64,000 nt of DNA from Octopus bimaculoides (Eukaryota). Shown here in pieces: positions 25,340-38,762 of the stretch. The stretch lies in the NCBI RefSeq assembly GCF_001194135.2, contig NC_068985.1, positions 16,653,911-16,717,910 of the forward strand, read 5' to 3'. The position numbers and the translations under genes are program-made. Position 1 is the first letter of the stretch. Each line of letters opens with the position of its first letter. The notes under the pieces are model-generated. The model worked only from the letters and a program-made list of their open reading frames with translations, made no database searches and was not told the DNA's origin.

Positions 25340-26880
25340 CCTTGTCTTCATTCAAAGATGGTTTTGAGCCCTCTGTGGAAGAGTGAAGTGTCCTCGTTGC
25401 ATGTGGGCAAAACTAATGTGTAGAAAGTTGAGGAGAAATAAAAGTGATATGATCTAAATAGAAGCATGTGTGAGAGATGATAGTGAAAAGATGTTTAAGA
25501 GTATTGGAGACATAACTGAAACCCCTGGTAGATATCAAAATTGATAGAATGAAGGACAGAGAGAGTTACTTTAACATATACTGCTATGAAGTAGTCTGAC
25601 TGGAAAACCAACTTTAAAAAAAATGAGAGACATGGTATGTTTAAGTAGAAAAATTAGCTAGGATGTTTTTGTGTTCGACAAGAGCAAAGGCTTTGTTGAG
25701 GAGTGCAACACTTTACTTTGAAAGGAGTAGTGTTGCCCTCAAGTTCTCAAAGACAAAAGACTAATGGTATATGATGCAAAGAAGCAGGTATGTGGTAAAT
25801 ATGGCTCTAAAGGAACCATACTGATGATCACAAAGAAAGAGAAGAGACTTTAGGTAATAAAGTAGGTTGGTGTTTTTTACAAGTACCTCCATTACATTTC
25901 AGATGTTGGAAGTAACAGTCTAGCTTTGTAATTCATTTTTTTCTACTATTTAGTTAGGGAGGGAGGAGCAGTTCTTAAGACTCCTTTTTTTAAGCAAGTT
26001 ATTCCAGTGAAGTGAGGCAATGCTTATAACTTTCCTAGGTCGTCTTAGACAAGGAGATTGATGTGGTTAATGTTCAGCATGAATATTTGTAGACCAATGT
26101 TTGCATGAAAAACAGGGAACAGAAAAGGAATTTTAGAGAGTAACTATTCTAGAAAACAAGGATTGAGTGAAGTGTTTAGTGTAAGATCTTGAAGGGAAGA
26201 CGGAGTGAGAGTAATGAGAGAAAAGATGAGTCCATCATAAAAGGCAATCAGATTGTAAGGCCTAGTATTTGGGGCAACATTGAAAGATTTTGTTGCATGT
26301 TGTTCATGAGCAGAGAAGGTGAAGAACAAATCTGTTTCCTTGATGTAGGTAGTGACTATGTGTTTGTGTTCTTAAACTAGATTAGGTTATCATGTCCATC
26401 CCCACTGAAGAGTGTACTCAAGATCATTGTCCATGTAAGTGTATATCTGGTGTGAAGTGCATATGTTGCATGTCAAAGACACTTGAGTGTGAAAGGTTAA
26501 GGAGTGAAACATTAATATTGAGAAGACAGAATGACAGAAACACAACTTGAATCTTTGTGTACAGTAGAACTGGTAATGTGTAGGACACAGTAGCACATAA
26601 TTATAATGGTAGAGTCTGACAGGAAGCCTTACAGTCAAGAGATGAGAGATGGATGGAGACCATAGACGAGTGACTTAGCTAGTAGGTACACATAATCCAA
26701 TGCAAAAGAGAGCATGATGGAAGTGTGAAAACTGTATTTAAAGGTGAAGACTATATCACTAATGGGTGGAGGAATTATGAGCCCTGAATTCAACAACAAA
26801 GCTAATTCAGTTAGAAGCAAATTATGTTCAGTATCTTTTCTCTCAACATTTTCCAAAAAGCTTTGATGCATGGCATATAT
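25340..26880 (-). pseudogene. Highly decayed L2/Jockey/CR1-group RT fragment
   Basis: Broken frames: GFLSDSTI.. (SFLSDRS-like), YTYMDND (YADD position), GHDNLI*FKNTNT (W..NL..FN.SKT-like). Confidence 0.45.
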
Positions 26881-29038
26881 ATGATAATTCCAAATTATGA
26901 TACAAGGTCATCAATTTTTAGTGGGGACAGGGGTCAGTCAATTACAATGACCCCAGTACTCAACTTGTACTTATTCTCTTGACCTCAAAATGATGGAAGG
27001 CAAAGTCAACTTCGGCAAATTTTCAACTCAGAAGATAAATCTTGAAGAGATGCCACTGGGCATTTTTGTCTGGCACAATAACAGTTCTGCTTTGCTCCCT
27101 TAGATAATATATAATAAAATACATTAACTAATAATATGCTTTACAAAAAAACTATGATGAATAAAACCATAAATTTTATGATTTAATTCATATTAAAAAG
27201 AATGTGTGACATGCAAGTATCTACATGAGGTGAATGATAAATTGCATAGCAATATATTCTGTTAAAATAGCACTAACAGATAGGAAATGGTTTTTAACAG
27301 TTCCTGATATGTCTCTGTAAGTCTTCCCTACTTCTAAAACAGTTAACTGTTGTAAGTTATTATTTCAGTGACTTTTTCAACTACTTCCATTAAGTAACGC
27401 TCATTTGTTGACTTATGTTCTCAACCACTTCAGTTTCATACTTACAAAGACATTACACTTTGTGTATATTCTCCACAAATATAGGTCAAAGAAAATACAC
27501 ACACACACATATATATACACACATTTACAAACAAATATACACATACACACAAATGCATATATATATATATATACACACACACATATATATAGGTTATTTA
27601 AAACATTTTGTCAGGACAAGCACTTCAAAAGTCAAAAAGTAGAAAGTCAGGTTTGAATTAAAAATTTGGAAACTGATAATATATGCAAATACATATTTTA
27701 GCAGAATATTTGTATGTATGTGTACACAGTTGTGTGTGAGTGTGTGTGTACGGGAGGAAGTACAGCTATTATTGTTGTTGTTGTTGTTAATATTATTATT
27801 ATGCATACACATATGCACACACTCATCTATATGTAAATATATACATACAACAGGTGTTGGTGTGTTTACGTCACCATAACTTAGCAGTTCAGCAAAAGAG
27901 ACCAAAACAAGTTCTGGGGTTGATTTGTTTGACTAAAACCCTTCAAGGTAGTGCTCCAGTATGGCTGCAGTCAAATGACTGAAGCAAGTAAAAGGAAAAA
28001 ATGAGAAAGGATATCTATATGTATATTATATATTATATTATACATATATTATATATTTATATAGTATATATCATTAGGACTATTCTGCTACTCTTTACCA
28101 ACCCCCCCCCCCCCNNNNNNNNNNNNNNNNNNNNNNNNNNNNNNNNNNNNNNNNNNNNNNNNNNNNNNNNNNNNNNNNCCTCCCCATTTCTGCTCTGTCA
28201 GTCACTCCTCTCCTTTACCCCCCTCCCCACCACCACCACACATATCATCCCTCAACATTTATTCTTCAGAGTATTCATTCTCACAGCTATTCCATATCTC
28301 TAATCATCTCTCACTTTCCCATACACTCTTGCAATCTAAGGTGATGAGATGTTGGTGTGGATCTTCCAGGTATCAGGTGAGTAGCCGACAGTGGGGACAG
28401 TATGAGTGGGTAGAGGTCGCAAGGGAGTATGAGAGAGTGAGAGATGGTAAGAGTAGGGATATGGGTTAGGGGGATAAATATAATGAGGAACAGGTGTTGA
28501 AGGATGACAAGTAGGGAAGGTATAGAAATGTGACAACTGTTGAAATTGGGTAAGGTTCGGGGTTGGATGTGAAGAATGATGGATCAAAGGTGAGAGTGAC
28601 CAATGATATATATGAGATGGGTGAGCCGGGGAGAGTAGGAAATGACTGACAGTGCAAAAAAAAAAAGGTGGTGAAGAGCAGCAGAATAGTAATAATGATA
28701 TTGTAGACAATGGAATGGTGAAAGATGATGAAAGAGAAAAAGAGAAGGAAATGATATATAAGGGTGATCAATGTAAAATGTGGTTGGAGAGGGTGGTGTG
28801 AATAATGAAGAATAGATAACAAGTAAAAGCGTACCAAGTAGTAAGAAGGATAAGTGAGCAATATTGCTCACATTTAATTACAGCATTTAATTACTGCTGT
28901 TAGAGAGATGAAGTGTGGGAGGAATGTTTTAAGGAGGAAATTGGTAGTGGTGGTGGTGGTGGTGTTGGTGGGAGCTCAGTTGCACGCACACACACACAAA
29001 CACACAAACACACACACACACAAATTTAGGGAGTTTGC

Positions 29039-29331
29039 CCCTACTTGAATGTGGATGTTCTGTTAGAACAAACTATGCTGTGCTAGTTACCATGAGAGAA
29101 ACTCATATTGGCTTTTTGGTGCAAAAGGAGCTCATTTATATCGCTCACAGGGAGGTAAATCCCTCCAAATCATATGATTTCGACCTCAGCACTGGAGTTG
29201 GCAGGGATTTATCTCCCTGCTAGCAATATAGACAAGAGTGCATTTTGTACCAGAAGCCAATATGAGAGTTTCTCTCATGGTAACTACCGCAGTATAGCTT
29301 GTTCAAACAGAACACCCATGTTTAAGTAGGG
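29039..29331. mobile_element. Fold-back element with ~126-bp diverged arms
   Basis: 29039-29164 versus 29203-29331, roughly 80% complementary by eye. The 38-nt spacer contains the palindrome AATCATATGATT. Confidence 0.75.
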
Positions 29332-29539
29332 ATAGATATTACCTCTTGGTTTTAATACTGCTTAACTTTCTTGCATATATGTTCAGTATCAAGTATTGAA
29401 ATGGCTGTGTGTACATTATTAGAAGAATTCTTACAGAGAAGAAGAATAAATTCAAGAACTATATATTTTCTACACTGCCTCTGTTGTTAATATATATGTG
29501 TGCTAATTTCATCGTCAATCATTGTCAGTCTAGCACTGA

Positions 29540-29745
29540 GCTTACTCTTGAAATACAGGGCCGTTTTTAACCTTTAATCAAGGTGACTGGTTCACATGAT
29601 AACACACCCATAGGCATGTGTAGTACATGGCTAGAGGCTAGCCCACCTCTAAATCCTGCTTACCTAAGTCATAGGGCCATCTTCTACTATTTAACACAGT
29701 GCTAGGGCTCTTAGTAGGTACTAATGTCTCAGACAAGAGTGGACC
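29540..29745 (-). repeat. Dispersed ~206-bp repeat, inverse copy of 49375-49581
   Basis: Collinear reverse-complement match, e.g. GGCTAGAGGCTAGCCCACCTCTAAAT versus ATTTAGAGGTGGGCTAGCCTCTAGCC. Confidence 0.85.
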
Positions 29746-30090
29746 TTGCTGGCATTAGGAAGGACATCCAGCAGTAAAAACCTATGTCAAAGTAAGCACT
29801 GGAGCAGGATGTAGTCCTTGGTCACATTGGATCCTATCAAAATGTCCAACCCATGCCAGCATGGAACATGAATGTTAAATTATGATGATGACGAATATAA
29901 TTATAGATATCATCATCCTCATCATCATCATCATTATTTTAACATCCACTTCCTGTTGCCAATCCTCACTTGTTTCCAAGCAACATATTTCCCCCTGGCC
30001 AGACATGTTCTTACAGAAGACTGAAACTGGGTGACAATACTTGTGTAACAATGAGAATCATTTTGTAACTAACACATAAATGTGAAGACT

Positions 30091-30131
<41 letters not shown>

Positions 30132-30747
30132 NNNNNNNNNNNNNNNNNNNNNNNNNNNNNNNNNNNNNNNNNNNNNNNNNNNNNNNNNNNNNNNNNNNNN
30201 NNNNNNNNNNNNNNNNNNNNNNNNNNNNNNNNNNNNNNNNNNNNNNNNNNNNNNNNNNNNNNNNNNNNNNNNNNNNNNNNNNNNNNNNNNNNNNNNNNNN
30301 NNNNNNNNNNNNNNNNNNNNNNNNNNNNNNNNNNNNNNNNNNNNNNNNNNNNNNNNNNNNNNNNNNNNNNNNNNNNNNNNNNNNNNNNNNNNNNNNNNNN
30401 NNNNNNNNNNNNNNNNNNNNNNNNNNNNNNNNNNNNNNNNNNNNNNNNNNNNNNNNNNNNNNNNNNNNNNNNNNNNNNNNNNNNNNNNNNNNNNNNNNNN
30501 NNNNNNNNNNNNNNNNNNNNNNNNNNNNNNNNNNNNNNNNNNNNNNNNNNNNNNNNNNNNNNNNNNNNNNNNNNNNTATATTATATTATATATTGTATAT
30601 TCCATATTCTATACCCCACATTGGTTCTGCAGGAATATAAATAAAACATAAAAAACAGACAGTGTTGGAACTCTTTTAAACAAAATAATATATTCCTCTA
30701 TACACAATCATACAAAAAAACCCACCTTTTTTGTATTTATTTTTACT

Positions 30748-30795
<48 letters not shown>

Positions 30796-31243
30796 TAGTT
30801 AGAGTAAATCCCAGCTGTTTCCTCTTGAAGCACATCTGCTTATTCGTTTATGTGGTCTGCTGTATGTTAGACAAAATATATATTAAAAAAATTGAGTATT
30901 ATGGAAATATTATTTGCATAGTTATTGTATAACAAAGCAGGAAAATGGAAATTTTTGGGTATTATAAAAATTGTAACTCTTATTTGCAAATGAGATGCAT
31001 GTATTAGAGATTAAATAATACCAAAAATCTCCACTTTTTCTGTTTTGTTATATATATGTGTAGATATATATAGATATATATATATAGATATATATATATA
31101 TGTAACAAAACAGGATAGTGGAAATTTTCTAGATATCTTTGGCCTGAAGAGTAACCTTGCTTGGATAATTACTACTTTCAAGGTTCCACTCGCTTATGAA
31201 ACATATGTAGCCCAGATTTTATCAACTCCATTCCTTAATTATT

Positions 31244-31287
<44 letters not shown>

Positions 31288-31419
31288 ATATATATGTATG
31301 TATGTATAGAGTGTTAGAAGTGGTGTACAGATATTGTATATTGAGAAAAAAGAAATATGTGTGTGTAAGGGTTGTATATATATATATTGCATCATCCCAT
31401 AAATAACGTGGTTTTTTTT

Positions 31420-31700
31420 CAATTGCATGGGGATCAGACAATAAGTGTAAGCCTGTGTCAACGGTGGTTCAAGAAATTCCGAGCCAGAAATTACAACCTA
31501 GAAGATGAGCCTATCCTGGAAGAACTGTAGAGCTCGATGGGGATGTCCTGCAAACTCTGGTGGAACAAAATGCTATTGTAATTGTTGAGGAACTAGCAGA
31601 GAAGCTTGGATTTGGTCATTCAACCATTCATCGATACCTGTATGCCATCAGAAATGTCAGCATGTTGGGTCAATGAGTTCCTCACAAATTTTCTGAGCCT
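31420..31700 (+). pseudogene. Mariner transposase N-terminal fragment
   Basis: GSDTISVSLCQRWFKKFRARNYNLEDEP..GRT..EELAEKLGFGHSTIHRYL..LGQ*VPHKFSE (WVPHEL-like motif). Confidence 0.8.
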
Positions 31701-31702
31701 AG

Positions 31703-32088
31703 TTTTTGTATGTGGCAGATGTTCAGGTGTAATAAACACTGTAAACATACAGGAAACAACTTCTATCTCATTCCAGGGAGAAAAACTAGAGGTAGTCGAT
31801 AGCTTCCGCTATCTGGGTGACCAAGTTAGTAGTGGGGGTGGGTGCGCTGAAAGTGTAACTGCTAGAATAAGAATAGCCTGGGCCAAGTTTAGAGAGCTCT
31901 TACCTCTGCTGGCGACAAAGGGACTCTCACTCAGAGTAAAAGGCAGACTGTATGACGCATGTGTACGAACAGCCATGCTACATGGCAGTGAAACATGGGC
32001 TGTGACTGCTGAGGACATGCGTAAGCTCGCAAGGAATGAAGCCAGTATGCTCCGCTGGATGTGTAATGTAAATGTGCATACCCATCAG
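31703..32088 (+). pseudogene. RTE LINE ORF fragment (post-RT region), cut by an assembly gap
   Basis: Open frame VCGRC..LEVVDSFRYLGDQVSSGGGC..RIRIAWAKFRELLPLLATKGLSLRVKGRLYDACVRTAMLHGSETWAV.. runs into N from 32089. Confidence 0.9.
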
Positions 32089-32824
32089 NNNNNNNNNNNN
32101 NNNNNNNNNNNNNNNNNNNNNNNNNNNNNNNNNNNNNNNNNNNNNNNNNNNNNNNNNNNNNNNNNNNNNNNNNNNNNNNNNNNNNNNNNNNNNNNNNNNN
32201 NNNNNNNNNNNNNNNNNNNNNNNNNNNNNNNNNNNNNNNNNNNNNNNNNNNNNNNNNNNNNNNNNNNNNNNNNNNNNNNNNNNNNNNNNNNNNNNNNNNN
32301 NNNNNNNNNNNNNNNNNNNNNNNNNNNNNNNNNNNNNNNNNNNNNNNNNNNNNNNNNNNNNNNNNNNNNNNNNNNNNNNNNNNNNNNNNNNNNNNNNNNN
32401 NNNNNNNNNNNNNNNNNNNNNNNNNNNNNNNNNNNNNNNNNNNNNNNNNNNNNNNNNNNNNNNNNNNNNNNNNNNNNNNNNNNNNNNNNNNNNNNNNNNN
32501 NNNNNNNNNNNNNNNNNNNNNNNNNNNNNNNNNNNNNNNNNNNNNNNNNNNNNNNNNNNNNNNNNNNNNNNNNNNNNNNNNNNNNNNNNNNNNNNNNNNN
32601 NNNNNNNNNNNNNNNNNNNNNNNNNNNNNNNNNNNNNNNNNNNNNNNNNNNNNNNNNNNNNNNNNNNNNNNNNNNNNNNNNNNNNNNNNNNNNNNNNNNN
32701 NNNNNNNNNNNNNNNNNNNNNNNNNNNNNNNNNNNNNNNNNNNNNNNNNNNNNNNNNNNNNNNNNNNNNNNNNNNNNNNNNNNNNNNNNNNNNNNNNNNN
32801 NNNNNNNNNNNNNNNNNNNNNNNN

Positions 32825-32861
<37 letters not shown>

Positions 32862-34959
32862 TACAACAGGCTTCTTTCAGTTTCCGTCTACCAAATCCAC
32901 TCACAGAGCTTTGGTTGGCCCGAAGCTATAGTAGAAGACACTTGTCCAAGGTGCCACGCAGTGGGATTGAACCCCTATGTCCATGGTTTTGAGGCAAACT
33001 TCTTAACAACGCAGTCATATGCATATATTATTTGTCATCTAACAGCAAGTTTTTATATTTATTTTGAGAAATAGCAGCCAAATTTCTCTTGAAACCACAA
33101 ATTTTGCTATTCACGAGACAAAAAAAAAACAAAAAACCCAGAAAATTGAAAAAGGGTAGTAGTGGGAGAAAGGTGAAACACTGAGAGTTGAAAAGTGTTA
33201 ACAGGAAGGAAAAAAAACATTTTAAAATACATCATCAAAAATGTCCATAAAATTTATGTGATGTAAAACTCTGCTTTACTTCCACTTTCAGTCTCTGTTT
33301 AATCTTATTTTCTTTCCCTCTTCCTTCCCCCTCTCTCTCTTTCTACCTCTTTCTTCCAATTTTTTAGTCATTCCTTCCTATTTCCTTGTTTTGTGAATCA
33401 TTCTTGATACTCTCTGCCTGTCTGTTTGCCTGTCTGTTTGCCTGTCTGTTTGCCTGTCTGTCTGTCCATCTGCTTCTTTCTATACCTCCTCCCCCTACCC
33501 CCGTCCATCTGCTCGTCTGTCAGTCTTCTCTCTCTCTCTCTCTCTCTCTCTCTGGAAGGAAGGAAGGAAGGAGACAATAATCATCTTGATAATGAGTGAG
33601 ACATAAATAGATACTTAGATAGACAATGAGATACATAAAGTGTGAGAGAGAGAGAGAGAGATTGGAAGAGAGAAAGTGGGAGCAGGCATGGGGTGGGGTA
33701 TGTATGTGATAGATCCCATGGAGATATGAGATGAGACACATATACCCATAGAGACAGAGACACAGAGATAGATACATAGATAAGAAATGTGTTCATGTAC
33801 ATAAACTCTGTTACTTTGTCATGAAATTGTCAATAGAAAGTAAAAAACAACAAAAATGGATGATATGGAAATGGATTTGGGCAATAAACGCCCCACCCCA
33901 TCACATTTTTATTCTTTTAGAAAATTTCATCAGATTTGTATATTTTAAACATCAGAGATTATGAGTCTGCAATATTTTTGTTTTAAGGTGTTTTTTTTGT
34001 TTTAATATCCAGAGCTGTCTTCTCTGTTTAGGAATTTGCACCAGCCATAATATTTAAATTTTTGTCTTCTTTTCCAATATTTTTTCTGAATTGTATGTTT
34101 TAGGCAAAAGAGAATATGATTCTGTTAAAAAAATGTTTTGAGAAATTCAGTTTTTTCAATACACTCCTCTCTCAGTTTTAGGAGTACCCAACTAACTGTA
34201 ACTTTGTAGTTGTATGCGCGCGCGCGTGTGTGTGTGTGTGTGTGTGTTTGTGCATATGATGGAAGTCAGCTCAATCATGAGTATGACCACTGTTTTTAAT
34301 GAACTGCAAACCAGAGATGATATTTTAATTCAGCTGATGATATACAGCTTTTCCACAGCATTTATGCATTCATGTCTCTTTTCAGTTAAATGCAATGCAG
34401 AATCATGTCTTTTGACAATGTGTGATACCATGCACTCTTCAGGCCACTAATAGAAACATATTCATTTTATGCCTGGCAGGCATATCTTCTATCGGGCAAC
34501 AAAGAATTATTATTAGCTTGCTTTCATTCATGTATTTTTGGAAGGCTAGACAAACTGAATTTTATATTGAACATTTGAAGGTATTATGATGTCTATGGGA
34601 TTTCTTTTTCTTCTTTCTCATTTCAGTTTTTCATATTTCATGTGATCCTCTTCAAAATGCAGGGACACAATGAATATATTTTCTTCTATGATGTTCTATC
34701 AGCTGTAATCCCTTCCCTATTTCCCCCTAACATTTTTAAAAATCAGATTAAAGTCAATCTTTGTATCTTAACTTTTGTTTGTAGGGAGGTCTTTTTCCCC
34801 AGAACATAGTTTTCCATAGAGTAAATGTTTGCAAATGGTTTTATCTTCCTTATGAACTATATGGCTAACCCACCTCAGTCTGCAGCAATACAAGAGAATT
34901 TCTGTTTACAACATTTTCTAACTCACAAAACTTCAATATCATCATTTGAATCTTGACCA

Positions 34960-35830
34960 GGTTTTCACACTGGAGTAGCTACTGATATATTTCCCACTCA
35001 TCAACAATAGAGATATATTGAGCAGAGGCTTGATCTCTACTGTTGCTTTACAGACTACACTAAGGCCTTTGATTCAGTGAATTGTGATGCATTATGGGTA
35101 ATTCTCAGAAAGGATGGTTACTGTGATAAATTTACAAATATTGTCAAGTTCTTTCATGATGATGTAAAAATATTTAGCAGCAATTAGGGGAAAATGATCA
35201 AACTTTCTGCAGTTAGTGGTGTTAGCAAAACAGGGTTAACTGGTCCTATTCTATTTGCCAAATATTTCATAATGTTTTTTTAATCGCTTTCAAAAACAGT
35301 TGCAAGGATTATGTGATAGTGTCTATAAATACACTGTCACACAGTTGGTAAGTTATTCAACCTCAAACAACTTAATTCTAAACCATACTCTTTTGTACAT
35401 CTGATAAGAGACCTCTTGTACATTGATGGCAGTGATATCGTCACAAGCAATGAAAAAAGATCTTCAAACTGTTGTGTATAAAATTTCATTGGCATGTCGC
35501 ATGTTAGGCCTCACAATAAATCTTGATAAAATTATTATTCTTTACCAGCCCTACCCGGAAAACTTCAAGTGGATCCTAAAATAATGGCATAAAGTAAAAC
35601 TTTGCAAAGCGTATTTTCCCTCAAATGTCTTAGCCCCATGTTAATCAGGGGTACAAATCTTGATGAAATTGCAAAGAGACTTCAGAAGATGTGGATATCC
35701 TTGGGAAAATTACAGTCTCAACAATATATATATAAAAAAAAAAAAACACTCTAAAATATATTTCCAAAACATGCTTTATGTCTGTTTTCTTGTATGAGTG
35801 TGAAATATGGACATTGTACTCAAAACATAT
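34960..35830 (+). pseudogene. Decayed RTE-type reverse transcriptase
   Basis: CFTDYTKAFDSVNCDALWVILRKDG (from 35044), then GPILF and LIRDLLYIDG (LLFADD position). Confidence 0.75.
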
Positions 35831-36146
35831 TAAATAGCTGAAGCATTTTCAGTCAATGTGTCATCATTATCATCATTTAACATCCATTTTCCATACTGGT
35901 ATGGGTTGGATGGTTCGACTGGGGAGTGACAAGCCAGTGGGCTGCACCAGGCTCCAATCTGATCTGGCAAGGTTTCTACTGCTGGATGCCCTTTCTAACA
36001 CCAACCACTCTGAGAGTGTAGTGGGTGCTTTTTATGTGCCACCAGGACAGGAGCCAGTCAGGCGGCACTGGCATTGACCACATTCAGATGGTGCTTTTTT
36101 GTCTTTGACGAATTTTGCATATATCTTGGCGAGACTAGGTGAGTGA

Positions 36147-36221
<75 letters not shown>

Positions 36222-36617
36222 TCTTTTATCTTTTACTAGTTTCAGTCATTAGACTACAGACATGCTAAGACACTGCCCTGAGGAATTTTTTTAGTCCATT
36301 GAATCAACCCCACTGTGTACCTGGTATTTATTCTATTGGTTTCTTTTTGCCAAACTGCTAAGTTATGGGAATGTAAACAAACTAATACCAGTTGTCAAGC
36401 ACTAACAGGGGACAAGCACAGACACAAAAAAAACACACACACACATATACATATGCATACAAGCTTTTTTCAGTTTCTGTCTACCAAATCCACTCACAAG
36501 GCTTTGGTCAGCCTGAGGCTATAGTAGAAGACATTTGTTCAAGGTGCCATGCAGTGGTACTGAAGCCGGGACCATGTAGTCGGAAAACAAACTTTTTGCT
36601 ACACAATCACGCCTGTC

Positions 36618-36870
36618 TTTCTCTCTCTGGTCCTCACAACATCCCACCAGAAGTACTAAAAAGATGTGATTTAGATGACATCATCCTTGAATTTGCAAAC
36701 AAACTACTAAATGACAATGTGAAGCCAGAACAATGGTCTGAGATAGACTTGGTACCACTGTTAAAAACTGGAGACCTAAGTGATACTGGGAATTACAGAG
36801 GGATCAGTCTGTCACCCATTGTTACAAAAGTGGTCTACAAGATGATACTTAACTGAATACGACCTAAGAT
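36618..36870 (+). pseudogene. Non-LTR RT N-terminal fragment (RTE/RTEX-like)
   Basis: SGPHNIPPEVLK..PEQWSEIDLVPLLKTGDLSDTGNYRGISLSPIVTKVVYKMILN. Confidence 0.8.
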
Positions 36871-36897
36871 ATATATATATATATGCAAAAGTATAAT

Positions 36898-37147
36898 AAA
36901 CATAAGATGCAGTGTATACTGCTTGCTCCCTATGTGTGTTTTGCCATTGTGGTTATTTGCTTATTTGCATCCTCTGCAGTCAGTAGATATTCATAGTACA
37001 ACGGAAACACTTTATTACTTTTGTTTACACAGACCAATCACTTCAATAAACATCCACATCAAATAAATACCCACTGCAGAGGATGGAAATAACCGCAATG
37101 GGGAAACACACATCGGGAACAAATGATATAAACTGCATCCTGTGTCT
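36898..37147. mobile_element. Fold-back/MITE-like element with ~80-bp imperfect arms
   Basis: 36898-36985 versus 37068-37147, e.g. CATCCTCTGCAGT versus ACTGCAGAGGATG. Confidence 0.7.
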
Positions 37148-37904
37148 ATCATATTTTCTTTTACATTTGTTCTGTACATCATAACCAGTAATACCATTCA
37201 ATACAGTAGTAACCACACCATTGTACTGAAAGCAGACTGGATGATAATACTTAATGTAGAGCACTAAATTCACCAGTATCAGTTGTACATATAACAGCAT
37301 ACACAGGAAATATATATATATATATATATATAGAAAGAGAGAGAGAGAGATGGTGTGGTATGAATGTATATTTTGTAACAATGTATTACTGTTATATAAA
37401 TGTAACAGTTGTTCACTTCTGCTTTCTTGTTTGCATAACAATTATAATTTGTACTTGAATCTTCTAATTTCTCTTCTAATTTGTATACAAGATACTTATT
37501 TCTAGTTTGTATTTGACTATTATATTGAAGTTGTTGATGAATAACCTCAGTAACTTCTGCCAAAGCAGACCTAATTTAATAAAGTGTGTGCACAACAGCA
37601 GTAACATTGTTAAGTGTATACTTAAATTTCTAGAGAGCATTGAAAAGGATGTTTTCATATCATCATGTATAACCTTAAGAATGAGCTGCCAATTAAAATA
37701 CATGCATATTAACAAAATGTCACCAAGTAAATTAAAATATTTTATACGTAGAGAATATAATTTTTCACCATACTGTAATGATTTGGATAATTATATAAAT
37801 ACATTATTTCACATGAATATCTGGATCAATACTAGCAATTCACACTTTGAGAATATTCACAAAAGATATTAGAGACAATAATGACATCAGTTATCATCAA
37901 GTAG

Positions 37905-38450
37905 AGACAGGAAGCACAGATGTGAAGCAGAGGCAAGAATAACAGAGAACAAGTGGAATTGGGAATTGCAGAAAGTGCAAAGAAAGAGGCAAGAATTAGG
38001 AAGGATTTTATCATAGAGGATATCAAACAAAAGTAGGAATTACAGTGGATATCAACTGTATGAAAGAATCACAAAGAATATTAAACAGAGGCAGAAATCA
38101 CAGAAGATATGATAATAATAACAGAGGCTATAAAGTAGAAACAGCAATCACAGAGAATATCAGATAAAGAGAAGAATAACATAGAATATGTAAGCAAGGC
38201 AACAATACTAGAGGATATCAGACAGATAAGAATCATAAACAGGCTGAGGTACAAATCTTAGAGGATATAATTAAACAGAATCAGGTATCATAAGATATCA
38301 CAAAGAGGCAGGAATCACAGAGGATATTATCAAAGAAAGGTACAGATTAAAGAAGATATCAGGAAGAAACAGGAATTACAGAACTCAGAATTGTTGAGCA
38401 AAGAAAAGATTCACAAAGGATATTAAGTAGGGATTACAGTGGATCCACTG
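37905..38450. repeat. Degenerate ~29-bp minisatellite
   Basis: Consensus approximately AGAGGCAGGAATCACAGAGGATATCAAAC. A 29-nt spacing was counted between successive GATATC and AATYAC motifs at about 38005-38100. Confidence 0.7.
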
Positions 38451-38762
38451 AAATGTGGTGTACGCCACTGAGAGACCTGCCGTAGATTTTATTATGTAAT
38501 TATCTCAATATACAGCACATTGCAAGGAAAGTGCAATTTCTATAGCTACAAAACAGTAAGCTGGTTGAGAGACTTCCTCATAATTAATTAGAGTTCTGAG
38601 TGATCTCTGTGTCCATCTTTAATGCTGGTGCAATGATAATGTAGCCCTTTTTTGTTGGAGTGGGGTTCAACATGCTGTCCAGTTTAACACATTTACTTGG
38701 CCTTTGGTTGACTTTGGCAAAATGTACTGTATTTTAAGCATTTGGACCAAATTTCCTGTCTG

